Positions 1 through 12,600 of a stretch of 64,000 nt of DNA are shown in pieces; position 1 is the stretch's first letter; every line of letters starts with the position of its first letter. This DNA is from Haliotis cracherodii (Eukaryota). Position numbers and translations under genes: made by a program. The notes under the pieces were generated by a model. That model saw only the letters and a list, made by a program, of their open reading frames with translations, was not told the DNA's origin and did no database searches. The stretch spans positions 55,366,001-55,430,000 of the forward strand of contig NW_027266297.1 of the NCBI RefSeq assembly GCF_022045235.1, written 5' to 3'.

Positions 1-194
1 ATTATTCACAATGTCAAGTTCAAAGATCGTTTCACACATTTAACAGTGTATGCAATGTAGTTATTTTTGTAGGATTAACAGAAATAGCAGAAACACTATA
101 TGTATGACGGCTAAGAATCACAAGATGGATAAACGCGGCAGCCAATGAAAACAGTTGTCATCTTTAGGCCACGCCCCCAAATAGTTGTTTCTTG

Positions 195-415
195 GGAGGA
201 CGTGCAGAGTTGCGTCCAGAAAACCTATGATTGTAGGTTCGAATCCTGGTTCGCCCCAATTATGTTTCTAGGTTTGTTAGCACCATACCTGAGCTCGTGG
301 GTTTCACGTCTGAGACCTGCATCACTTCGGGCTTTTCTCCCACATTAAGCTGACACGCCGCGATATAACTGGAATACTGTTAAAAGCGGCGTTAAACCCA
401 ACTCACACACTCACT
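195..415 (+). mobile_element. SINE family A, 5'-truncated copy
   Basis: B box GGTTCGAATCC, with body and tail matching 15766-16052. Confidence 0.8.
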
Positions 416-1246
416 TACCTATCGCTTGGAAACAATTCACGTCCCATTAAGTACTTCATGTTGATATCGTGTTGGATGACCTAACATTTTGTGAAACTTG
501 TAATGACTGATGTCATTAATACAGACTTGTGTGGAGGAAGCAGTAACCGACACGCTCGAGTTGTGCTTGAAAACTCTACTTATCTGAGGCAACATGAGGT
601 CTGTCAATAGCAACAAGGCGTGCGGAATTCAATGTATAGTGAGTGATTAATATGGTATTACGCCGCTTTTCACAATATTCCAGCAGTATCACGGCGGGGG
701 GGGGGGGGGGGGGGGGGGAACCAAAAGGGGCTTCATACATTGTACACAGGGTATCTATGGTGACGAATGCTCCCAGGCGTATTATTATTGAATGGCGATA
801 ATCGCAATAATCGAGGCAGCTTGAATATTTTGTTAAGAAAAACACCTTGCAACAATGTAAGTTTTGTGGCAGACAATTTCTTCTTTTTTCAAAAGTCTGA
901 AGCATGATTATTTTTTTCAAAAAATTCCTGAGACAATATTTTATTTCCATAAAATCCCAGCACACCCCTACCACCACCAACCACCCACCGAATATCAAAT
1001 GGGTATGGGTATGGTTAAGCTCAACCATGGTACCAGCGCCACACCACGATCAAAGAATCCTGGCACACGTCCAGACGTTATAATTTACCAAGCAACTGAA
1101 ATATACAGACAGTTGTTATGTTGCTAGCGTCGCCTTTTGTTACATTCTTCATGGGATATTGATTAAATTTAGGCCCACGCGCGGTGTATCAAGAACGGGT
1201 GCATATTTGTAATGCGCAGTTAGACTATGGTGACCGTAACTTATGT

Positions 1247-2454
1247 TACGGCAGCGAGAAAGCGAAAACACGAGACGAGAAAGCGATAGTTACAGGCACA
1301 ACGATTTCGCTCGTGCCATCGCTTTCTCGTCTCGTGTTTTTCGCTTTCTCGTCTCGTGTTTTTGCTTTCTCGTCTCGTGTTTTCACTTTCTTGTCTCGTG
1401 TTTTCGCTTTCTTGTCTTGTGTTATCGATTTATTGTCTCGTGTAATCGCTTCCCCGTCTCGTGTTTTCGCTTTTTTGACTCGTGTTATCGCTTCCCCGTC
1501 TCGTTTTTCGCTTTCTTGTCTCATGTTATCGCTTCCCGTCTCGTGTTTTCGCTTTCTTGTCTCGTGTTATCGCTTCCCCGTCTCGTGTTATCGCTTTCTT
1601 GTCTCATGTTATCGCTTCCCAGTCTCGTGTTTTCGCTTACTTGTCTCGTGTTATCGCTTCCCCGTCTCGTGTTATCGCTTTCTTGTCTCATGTTATCGCT
1701 TCCCCGTCTCGTGTTTTCGCTTTCTTGACTCGTGTTATCGCTCCCCCGTCTTGTTTTTTGCTTTCTTGTCTCATGTTATCGCTTCCCCGTCTCGTGTTTT
1801 CGCTTTCTTGACTCGTGTTATCGCTCCCCCGTCTTGTTTTTTGCTTTCTTGTCTCATGTTATCGCTTCCCCGTCTCGTGTTATCGCTTTCTTGTCTCGTG
1901 TTATCGCTTTCTTGTCTCATGTTATCGCTTCCCCGTCTCGTGTTTTCGCTTTCTTGACTCGTGTTATCGCTTCCCCGTCTCGTTTTTCGCTTTCTTGTCT
2001 CATGTTATCGCTTCCCCGTCTCGTGTTTTCGCTTTCTTGTCTCGTGTTATCGATTTATTGTCCCGTGTAATCGCTTCCCCGTCTCGTGTTTTGGCTTTCT
2101 TGACTCGTGTTATCGCTTCCCCGTCTCGTTTTTCGCTTTCTTGTCTCATGTCATCGCTTCCCCGTCTCGTGTTATCGCTTTCTTGTCTCGTGTTATCGCT
2201 TTATCGGACGTAATTAAAGTACTCATGTTATCATTTTATGTGTCGTAATTGAAGTACGTTCAATGATATGGCTTCCTCTTCTCGCGTTTTCGCTTTCTTG
2301 TCTCGTGCTATCGCTTTCTCGTCTCGTACTATCGCTTTCTCGTCTCGTGCTATCGCTTTTTTGTCTCGTGTTTTCGCTTTCTCGCCTCGTGTTCCTTCTT
2401 TCTCGTCTCGTGCTATGGCTTTCTTGTCTCCTGTTATCACTTATAGCGGCCGTA
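1247..2454. repeat. 21-bp tandem array (TTATCGCTTTCTTGTCTCGTG variants) with inverted units at the left end
   Basis: Array at about 1313-2200 and 2270-2440; reverse-complement units at 1255-1290. Confidence 0.85.
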
Positions 2455-3476
2455 ATTTAAGTCGATAATGCGATGTCCCCTCTTTTTTAGGATCATGAAT
2501 ATGCGATTGCCTGCAGAATCGTTGCCTGTGAATTCAGCATGGCTGCATCAAGATATTGCTCCCCCCTCCTCCCAGTATCCAGTGTAATTATATTGGTGCA
2601 TGTTCACAGGTGTTCAGCATACAGTGAGGCCAATATGGATATTATGAGGCCTAGATACTAGAGCCATTGTTTCTATGTAATTGGAGAGTAACCATTAACT
2701 GTTATTTTGATATACTAGTAAACAAAGTTAATAAAACCAACAAAACCCTTTCCGTTATTCATGAGAAATCTCTGCTAAAAGCGAAGTCGATTGTACATTC
2801 CGACTATCGAACTTCATCATGAGCATGTGTTTATGAATCACTATCAAATATTGATGATACCAGGTATTTGCGAAAATGTGAGTGTATCCTGCCCCATCGG
2901 TGGCATCTGTCACACACACATGCAAAGGCAAGTCAATTGTTCACCTGACAAACACACAGGAATATATGGCACAAGTCAAAACAGGGATTTTCTTCAGACA
3001 TTATTTTTGTCACTGATGCTCAAATTTGGAAATGTTCTCTATATGGCAACTACAAAACATTTTGAAAGCTTCAGCCACCTTGAATATTGTAACCTTGGTC
3101 AAACTAGCTTTGAGCATGAGTCGTATGATGCTCTTTGAAATCTTCGAAGAAAGAGCATGCTCGATTGTACCTCAAAAAGTTGTCAAGAGAACCACCATAA
3201 TTATATTTAATGTGTTACCTTTATACTCACTGTAAATTTGTTCTGGTTTAGGAATGTAATACTACTTTAAATGTAACTATCGTGAAAATATTGATTGTGA
3301 TTTTGTTTCAAATATCAATTTTCCAAGATACATTAAGTTAATTCACAAGAGAAAAATGAGTATGAAATACAGACTTAACATTTTGTTATATCTATTAGTT
3401 CATTATTAGAGTGTTCGTTATAAACATACTTTACTGTATTTAATTTTCAAAAAGGGCTGAAATCACACTATGTCAC

Positions 3477-3575
3477 TAGCAGATGTTTCAAGCCATCATT
3501 GTCGCTGGCAGATGTTTCAAGCCGTCATTGTCGCTGGCAGATGTTTCAAGCCGTCATTGTCGCTGGCAGATGTTC
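3477..3575. repeat. 29-bp tandem repeat, about 3 copies
   Basis: Unit GCAGATGTTTCAAGCCGTCATTGTCGCTG. Confidence 0.85.
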
Positions 3576-3620
3576 CAGGCCTATCATTCATCAACAGAAC
3601 ACACAAATAACAAAACCGGT

Positions 3621-3626
3621 TTTATT
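3621..3626 (-). promoter_or_regulatory. Probable GNL2 polyadenylation signal AATAAA
   Basis: TTTATT on the plus strand about 50 nt past the GNL2 stop codon. Confidence 0.55.
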
Positions 3627-3678
3627 GACATACATATGGTACACCCCCAAATAATACAGGAATCTCTAGTCTTCAACT

Positions 3679-6600
3679 CTACCGGTAGCTACGGTTCTTT
3701 ACATTGGACTCGGAGTAGAAGTGAACACCGATCTTCTGTTTCCTGGCCTCCCGCTCTAGACGTCGGCGCTGAAACACAAAAGTTGGTTGGTATCAGGGTT
3801 ATCAAAACCTCATACAACAAAGGATCAGGGCCCCGTTCCACAAAGCGATCGTAGCCCTAAGGTGATTGTAACACCCATACTTTAACATTAGCTTACGACA
3901 GTCGTAGCGCTACGTTCGCTTTGTGGAACGGGGCCCAGAACACTGAAATCGGGCGAAGGCCCTGCAGCCTGAACTCATGTTAACCAACAACTCTGTCAAC
4001 AACTGTAGAGCTGCAGAAAATCAGTTGTGGACAGTGCTATCAACAAGGTGACACATCGAAACCAGTACCACTTGATCTTAGCAGGATTTTAAATTAGTAA
4101 TGGATAATGTCACCCATTGTGCCCCTGGGATCCCAAAAGGGGACACAGGGACATGTGAAACAGATAAACTTAGATACCATGACAGACCATTGACCTATTC
4201 TTCCCAGGAATCCCCACCCAAAGCTGATCTTGGTCTATCTGTTTCACTGTGCAGATGGAATGACCTTCACCTCAGTGGTGTGCACATATGACCTTGACCT
4301 CACAGTGAAGTGCACATGGTATGACCTTGACCTCACAGTAAAGGGGACATGCTATGGCTTTGATCTTACCTGTTTACTGTTCATTGGTTGCGGAGACTCC
4401 TCCTGAAGTTTTCGTTTCTTGGTTTGCTTTTTCTGTCCCCGTTTTCCAGGGTCCACCACGTCGACACAAGTCACTGCTGACGTCTCCTTCAGTTCGTAAA
4501 GACAGCCTTCCCCTTAACACAAGACACATCCTTAATATGTCATCTCAGCATTTCAGAGGACAAAACATCAGAGAGCAAGAACAGAGTGAGTGAACGAGTT
4601 TGGTTTTACACTGCTCTTAATTGTATCAGATAAAAATGTCAACTGATGCAGGCGTGTTCAATGGACATGGTAGTGACACAGATCATAATGAAGATGAATC
4701 GTAGATTCAACTCCTGGGAGCTAAGAGATGCACCTCCGCACACAACAAATTGATAGTTCATACTTAATGGCCCAGGATAACTTACAGAAGTTTTCTCCTG
4801 ATTATCTTTGTAACTTTCATCTCCAAAACAACTACCTACCAGACATATCTTTGATGTCTAATGGATAGAAGGTTAACTTTCAAGATGCAAGCTGCAAATG
4901 TAACAAGCAAAGGATGTCATCAGTGGGATGGCATAACACTTTGGTACACCTGAAGACAACATCCAACCAGTACGTACCCGTCTGAGCCGGTTTCCTGCGA
5001 TCAGTACTCGTCTGTGCTGGAAGAGCTGTGACAGTCCACTTCCCGCTGGCCACACTGTTGACTTCAGACCCTGCTGGCTCCTGCTCCACTTGCTTCTTCT
5101 CCAGCTTCCCAGATTCAGATTTCACATCTTTGGATTCCCCTCGATTTGCCAATGATCTCTGTGTCTTCTTCCTACCAGCTGCCCTCACATTGTCCTTGGC
5201 AGCATGAGAGGAGGACTTGTCCAGAACTGTACAAGATTCCTCACTTGATTGATTCTGTTCTCCTTTAGTCTCATCCACCGCCACATCTTCATCACTGTCC
5301 TCCCCAGCACTGTCTTCTCCAACACTGTCCTCCCCTTCACTGTCCTCCTCCTCTGCACCGCTCCCACCATCCTCCTGAATGTCCTGTACATCGTCCCCCC
5401 CGAATGTTGGCACCACACGGATCCTCTTCAGATCCTGCATCACCTTCGGCTGCTTCTTCCTACTGGCCTTCCCCTTGACCTCTGTGTCCCCTGACCCCTC
5501 TGTGTCCTTGACCAGTGTGTCCTTGACCTCTTGTGTAGGTGTTGGTGTGTCTGTTGTCTCAACTCTGCTGTGATCCTGGAACATGTATTGAGCGTCACAT
5601 GATCACATTACACAAATGTAGAGTTTTCTATTTGTGCTAATTTAAACCTACACATGCTGTATGACAAACAAGAAAGAAAGAGCAAAAGTTGTAGAATTTT
5701 CCTATTCGGAATATTCTATAAGTAATACGTTACCACTGTTAAACCGAGGCTGTTGTCTCCCACAACTGCTCTTATAGCGAAATCTACCACAAAGATTCAA
5801 TTACCTCATGCAGCACGTGCGTAGCCACCTGAGCTGCCACGTGACACCCTTCACTCTTGTCTCTTGCGAGAGCAAGTGCTCGAGGGACGGTCGAGCGGGC
5901 ATCAGCCAAGTGGTAACGTATTACTTATAGAATATTGCGAATAGGAAAATTCTACGAATTACATTAAGTAATACGTTACCACTGTTTTACCGAGGCTGAT
6001 TACCACAGTAGGCGGTGGGGAGCGCTACAACCCATACCTGACTGCTCGGACTGTATATCCCAAAGCAAGCCTACTTAAAGTATGCGTTAGGCGCGTGACC
6101 TAATTCCAGTATTTGTAAGCATGCATTGGAACATTGGAACACATGACGGACAATTAAATAAATAATTGTCAAAAATACAAATAAGGACAAAACACACAAA
6201 AAGACGCCTCACCTGTGGTGTGAGAGCGCTGTTTGCAGGACCCCCACTCCTGATACTCACAGCGGTGGGAACATTGGAGATGACCCAGATTGACCACCGT
6301 GCAAAGGTCTGAAGCCTGAGGAGTTTGGAACTGCGCTAGGCACACCCCTTAGATGACCGCTTGCGCCGTGATCAGCGGCCCAAGACGGTGCACACCCTCC
6401 ACGTCTTCATCAGAAACCTTTCTGCGGTATTGATTGGCAAGTACCAAGTCAGAACGCCAGTAACAACCTCTCAATATTCTGTGAACAGAGATATTAGAGT
6501 GTAGGGCAAATGTTGCCGAGTTGGAGACGACCCCGTTCGGTGCAGTCTTGGGCTGATACAAGTAGCCCTAACAGCTGTTCCCAAAAGTAAACAGTCTGTT

Positions 6601-9600
6601 GCACCGCTAAGACTTTGGCAATCATCGCCTGAATCTTGTGCCACCGATCTGGGAGGACAAAGAGGCGATGGGTCACCGTGTCGAAACGACCTCCGATGAA
6701 CTTCTGCAAGTTCTGCAAGGGGGTTAACTCTCTCTTGGGGAGATTGACAATCCACCCCAATTGCTCCAAGAGTCGAAGTGCGAAATGGAGTTGGCGTGAC
6801 AGGGTGTCCGTCATTCGATTGACCACTAGCGAGTCGTCCAGGTACGCGAAGTACCTGATACCGCTTTTGTGGAGGAACCCCACAATAGGGGTGGTCAACA
6901 GCCAGGGAGCGGACGATAAGCCAGAATGGGAGTGCTACCCTTTCGTAGTGCCGGCCTTGAAAGACGAACCTGAGATACTTGTGATGGTCCGAATGAATCG
7001 GAACATGCAGATAAGCATCCTTCAGGTCGATCGATGCGAGCCAGTCAGCGGGCATGATCAGTGCTTACAGGTTCGCCAAGGTCAACATTCTGAACTTGGG
7101 CGGTTTGTGTAGGTAAAACTCGTTGAACGATTTCAGGTTATGAGTTCGGCACTGTCCTTCTTGGGAACGAGAAATATCCTGGAGTAAAACCCCGGTGTTA
7201 TTTCTGGTAGGGCTAACTCCCGTACCGCCCTCTTCTCCACCAACCTGCCGATGGTATCGGCCAGGATGGGAAGATCAGCTTCTGAATAGAAACCTTCCAA
7301 CGGGGCGACGGTGAGCAGCGGATCCGCCTTTAGATCTAGCCGATAGCTGTACCGGATCGTGTTGACCACCCGGGGGACGTCGAACACTTGTTCCAAATTC
7401 TCCCAGCAAGTCTAGAGTCTGGCTCCTACCGGGGAAGGAAAGGGAGGCCTGACAGGCTGCGGCAGGCGCAACTGTCCAGGGGCGAGTGAGAGTCACCTGG
7501 AGGAGCCCATGACGTCCTTAGACGGTTTGGGCTTCCCCCAGTGTCCCTTCTTCCCGCGAAAGGGCGGCAGATTGCCCTTACCGGCGCCCTCAGGGCGGGG
7601 CTTCTTCCCGGAGGAAGAAGGACCCGACCCTTTGGACCTACCGGCCGCAGCACCCAAGCGTCGATGCAAGGGCCCCACAAGATCAAGCGTGTGCCGAGAG
7701 GCCTCGTTGGACACAGCAGCCTGTTGTTCTTTGAGAACGCCAGGGATCTTGTTATTAAACAGGGTCAGTCCAGACCACGGCTGCGAAAGGAGGACCTCCT
7801 GGTTAGCAGCGTCCAACCCCGAGGCGGCAAGGTACGCTTGCTGTCTGAGGAAGTGGCACGTGCCGGAAAGAAAGGCCGAAGCCCCGACGACATACTCAAG
7901 CGAAGCATTTAAACCGATTAAACAGTTGTAAATGTGTTGGTCTCGGTCTGTGGGAGAACCTTTGACCAGACTGGCCGCTGCTGCCAAGTAGGTATCCCCG
8001 TGCAACGTGGGTCTCTGCGGTGGGACCGGCCTCGGGGAAGGCAAGGTCATGCACCGGGAATGAATCCTTTCTCTAGGGAAGGCTTAATACCACCCAACAA
8101 GGTTGAAGCAGGGACAGCCTTGTCAGACGACTCCTCGTAGACCTCGACGTAACCCGCAGAGCCGTGGATTCCCCGCGGTACAGGCAGGGGCTTGGGCATG
8201 TCCTCAAAGAGGTCATAAACCATGGCCATGCGGTCCTTAACCGATAGTGGAGCCAACGGTTCGGGGGAAGGACTGGTGACCACAGGAGCCCCCGTCGCAC
8301 CGAAAGACCCCGCGTCCGAACCCCCGGCCACCGAAGAGGCCGGGGACGGAACAGCCAGCGGCCTATACTGGGAAAAGGCTGCCAGCTTGGAGTCAACAAG
8401 TGTCCTGTCAGACGAAGTGTCCATGTCAGACATTGTTTAAGCTCTAAACAAAGAACAAAACATGGTTACAACACAAGCGCCACAAATATTCACAATGAAC
8501 ATTTTCACAAGAAAATAAACGAGTAATGCGAATATAAAACATACACATATTTTACTGTTAGAGAAATAGGTGATGTAAAAATAAACAAGACGTAAGACGC
8601 AACGTGCAGACGAAACACCCCGTAAGTATGTAGAGAAAAGGGCGGGAAAAATATTTCCGAGCATAGTTAAAGCAAACGCCCTCAATAGATACAGTTTATA
8701 TGCTTTTAATAAACAGTAATAAATATCACCAAAGGATGAAGAAACAGGAACGCTTCCGAGCAGTCTATGAACGTCTTGCTGAGGCAAGCGAAGAGACAAG
8801 AGTGAAGGGTGTCACATGGCAGCTCAGGTGGCTACGCACGTGCTGCATGAGGTAATTGAATCTCTGTGGTAGATTTCGCTATAAGAGCAGTTGTGGGAGA
8901 CAACAGCCTCGGTATAACAGTGGTAACGTATTACTTAATGTAATAATATACTTTGTATGTTTTACTTCTTATTCTTCTGATAACAAATTGAAAACTCAAA
9001 GAAGACAATTTAAGTTGGAAGAAATTTAACATTTTTGAATGTAAGATTTTGTCAAGTCTGAAAGATTTTACTCCTATTTAACAAAGAACATTCACCAACA
9101 GCCTTGACCTTACCTGTGACTCTGGTGGCCGGACAAAGTATGGGATCTTGCCTCGCTGCCAGTCGTTGAGGATCATCTTGGACATGGTGCTGACATCTGG
9201 CTCTGCACCCTGCAACATCCGCAACATTTGACGAACTCAAACACAATGCAGGACAATATGATGTTCTGTGTGTCAGGTATACACATGGATTGTGTTCAAG
9301 ATGAGATGTATGTGATGTTGATTGATGATTTCAACACATACAAAAGTTCAGCCTCTCATTACCGAGTAAGATGTACTACACAAAAGAAATTAAAGAACAC
9401 CCATTTTTTACATATGATAACCCGGATCTTCACGGGTCATCTGGCCTTTGTATTAATGTCAGTTTGACATAAAGCAACCTGCAGGTATCTAAACATCTAT
9501 AGGTTTGTTAGGACAGTAGTATTAGCCCACGCAATGAGTATGGTGCTAACAAATCCTTGAAACAAAATCTGGCTAACCAGGATTCCATCCCCACAATCAT

Positions 9601-12600
9601 AGTTTTCTGGCGTGCCCAAGGGATGCAACTCTGAACAGCAAATTGCAGCTTCAGACAACTGGACCACCCGTGCCCCCTTGCCCAATGTAAAGGTATACTG
9701 CGGGCTAGTAGAATTCGGAGTTCCAGGCTTTTGAAAGGGTGTCAGTATTATATATTACTACTCCTGCTTGTAGAATCTCAAACCTTATTTCCTTCCCTGG
9801 TAAGTACACACAGATACCTAGGCACTGACCTTCAGCAGCCGTCCTGACTTGCGTGCTATCTGTTCGATGAAGTCCTCAGGCCCCGTCCAGCTGTCTATCT
9901 TGTACGTCTTGTTGATATACTCAGTCTTGACACGCTCCAAAATAGCACCAATGTAGTCCTCAGGATTCCGGATGTTCTCTACACGAACCTGGGGTGAAGA
10001 GGTCGTATCAAAACAGGGCAGGTGTTACTAGCTTCAGTCACACTAGGACAGGTGTAGGCACATAGCTTCAGTCAAACTAGGATAGGCGTAAGCACCTAGC
10101 TTCAGTCACACTAGGACAGGTGTAGGCACCCAGCTTCAGTCATACTAGGACAGGTGTGGGCACCTAGCTTCAGTCTCACTAGGACAGGTGTGGGCACCTA
10201 GCTTCAGTCTCACTAGGACAGGTGTAGGCACCTAGCTTCAGTCAAACTAGGATAGGCGTAAGCACCTAGCTTCAGTCTCACTAGGACAGGTGTAGGCACC
10301 CAGCTTCAGTCATACTAGGACAGGTGTGGGCACCTAGCTTCAGTCTCACTAGGACAGGTGTAGGCACCTAGCTTCAGTCATACTAGGACAGGTGTAGGCA
10401 CCTAGCTTCAGTCTCACTAGGACAGGTGTAGGCACATAGCTTCAGTCATACTAGGACAGGTGTGGGCACCTAGCTTCAGTCACACTAGGACAGGTGTAGG
10501 CACCTAGCTTCAGTCTCACTAGGACAGGTGTAGGCACCTAGCTTCAGTCATACTAGGATAGGTGTAAGCACCCAGCTTCAGTCTCACTAGGACAGGTGTA
10601 GGCACCCAGCTTCAGTCATACTAGGACAGGCGTAGGCACCCAGCTTCAGTCTCACTAGGACAGGTGTAGGCACCTAGCTTCAGTCATACTAGGACAGGCA
10701 TAGGCACCCAGCTTCAGTCTCACTAGGACAGGTGTAGGCACCCAGCTTCAGTCACACTAGGACAGGTGTAGGCACCTAGCTTCAGTCATACTAGGACAGG
10801 TGTAGGCACCGAGCTTCAGTCATACTAGGACAGGTGTAGGCACCGAGCTTAAGTCACACTAGGACAGGTGTAGCCACCTAGCTTCAGTCACACTAGGACA
10901 GGTGTAGGCACCTAGCTTCAGTCATATAGGATAGTTGTAGGCATCTAGCTTCAGTCACACTAGGACAGGTGTAGGCACATAGCTTCAGTCACACTAGGAC
11001 AGGTGTAGGCACCCAGCTTCAGTCACACTAGGACAGGTGTAGGCACCTAGCTTCAGTCATACTAGGACAGGTGTAGGCACCCAGCTTCAGTCTCACTAGG
11101 ACAGGTGTGGGCACCTAGCTTCAGTCATACTAGGACAGGTGTGGGCACCTAGCTTCAGTCACACTAGGACAGGTGTAGGCACCTAGCTTCAGTCTCACTA
11201 GGACAGGGGTAGGCACCTAGCTTCAGTCATACTAGGATAGGTGTAAGCACCCACGCTTCAGTCTCACTAGGACAGGTGTAGGCACCTAGCTTCAGTCATA
11301 CTAGGACAGGCGTAGGCACCCAGCTTCAGTCTCACTAGGACAGGTGTAGGCACCTAGCTTCAGTCATACTAGGATAGGTGTAAGCACCCAGCTTCAGTCT
11401 CACTAGGACAGGTGTAGGCACCTAGCTTCAGTCATACTAGGACAGGCATGGGCACCCAGCTTCAGTCTCACTAGGACAGGTGTAGGCACCTAGCTTCAGT
11501 CATACTAGGACAGGTGAAGGCACCTAGCTTCAGTAATACTAGGACAGGTGTAGGCACCTAGCTTCAGTCACACTAGGACAGGTGTAGGCACCTAGCTTCA
11601 GTCATACTAGGACAGGTGTAGGCACATAGCTTCAGTCATACTAGGACAGGCGTAGGCACCCAGCTTCAGTCTCACTAGGACAGGTGTAGGCACATAGCTT
11701 CAGTCATACTAGGATAGGTGTAAGCACCCAGCTTCAGTCTCACTAGGACAGGTGTAGGCACCTAGCTTCAGTCATACTAGGACAGGCATGGGCACCCAGC
11801 TTCAGTCTCACTAGGACAGGTGTAGGCACCTAGCTTCAGTCATACTAGGACAGGTGAAGGCACCTAGCTTCAGTAATACTAGGACAGGTGTAGGCACCTA
11901 GCTTCAGTCACACTAGGACAGGTGTAGGCACCTAGCTTCAGTCATACTAGGACAGGTGTAGGCACATAGCTTCAGTCATACTAGGAGAGGTGTAGGCACC
12001 GAGCTTCAGTCACACTAGGACAGGTGTAGGCACCTAGCTTCAGTCACACTAGGACAGGTGTAGGCACCTAGCTTCAGTCATACTAGGATAGTTGTAGGCA
12101 TCTAGCTTCAGTCATACTAGGATAGTTGTAGGCATCTAGCTTCAGTCACACTAGGACAGGTGTAGACACATAGCTTCAGTCACACTGGGACAGGTGTAGG
12201 CACCCAGCTTCAGTCACACTAGGACAGGCGTAGGCACATAGCTTCAGTCACACTAGGACAGGTGTAGGCACATAGCTTCAGTCACACAAGGACAGGTGTA
12301 GGCACCCAGCTTCAGTATCACTAGAACAGGTGTAGGCACCTAGCTGGAGTCTCCAATGCGTAATCAGGTTGAGAACATATACTTATGAACTCATATCAAT
12401 TCGCAGAAATGTTTCCTATCTAGAACCATCTTGTTTTGTAATGCAACTGTGGTCAGCAGACATTTCACATTGCTCACTCACAGCCAAGCATGGCACAAGG
12501 CAGTATCATTTACATAGCCAGTATAAGAGGAAATAAGTTTGCATCATAAAAATATTCTATTCCCTTCAATCTACAATCTGGTCAAAATCGACCTGCTGTC

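Larger units (their letters stand above)
5691..8944 (-). mobile_element. DIRS1-type tyrosine-recombinase retrotransposon, internally deleted (non-autonomous), in GNL2 intron 12
   Basis: Inverted terminal repeats at about 5720-5865 and 8791-8936. ICR 5909-5998 is complementary to both outer ends. Gag-like ORFs 7493-8433. RT with [36 protein letters not shown] and YLDD. YR C-terminus at 6349-6520. No TSD. Confidence 0.93.

Noticed and set aside
695-718. Poly-G run
   Set aside because: It is a simple homopolymer with unreliable length and no supporting context.
1184-2468. Overlapping ORFs rich in SRVFAF, LSCL and FLVSCY
   Set aside because: These are translations of the 21-bp tandem array, open in several frames, with no domain or splice context.
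8437-8799. 120-aa hydrophobic ORF in the DIRS leader
   Set aside because: It has a non-ATG start, is AT-rich and shows no motif, so it is likely the element's untranslated leader.
10013-12345. CRISPR-like regular 34-bp repeats
   Set aside because: The units are contiguous with no unique spacers, there are no cas genes, and the location is a eukaryotic intron.
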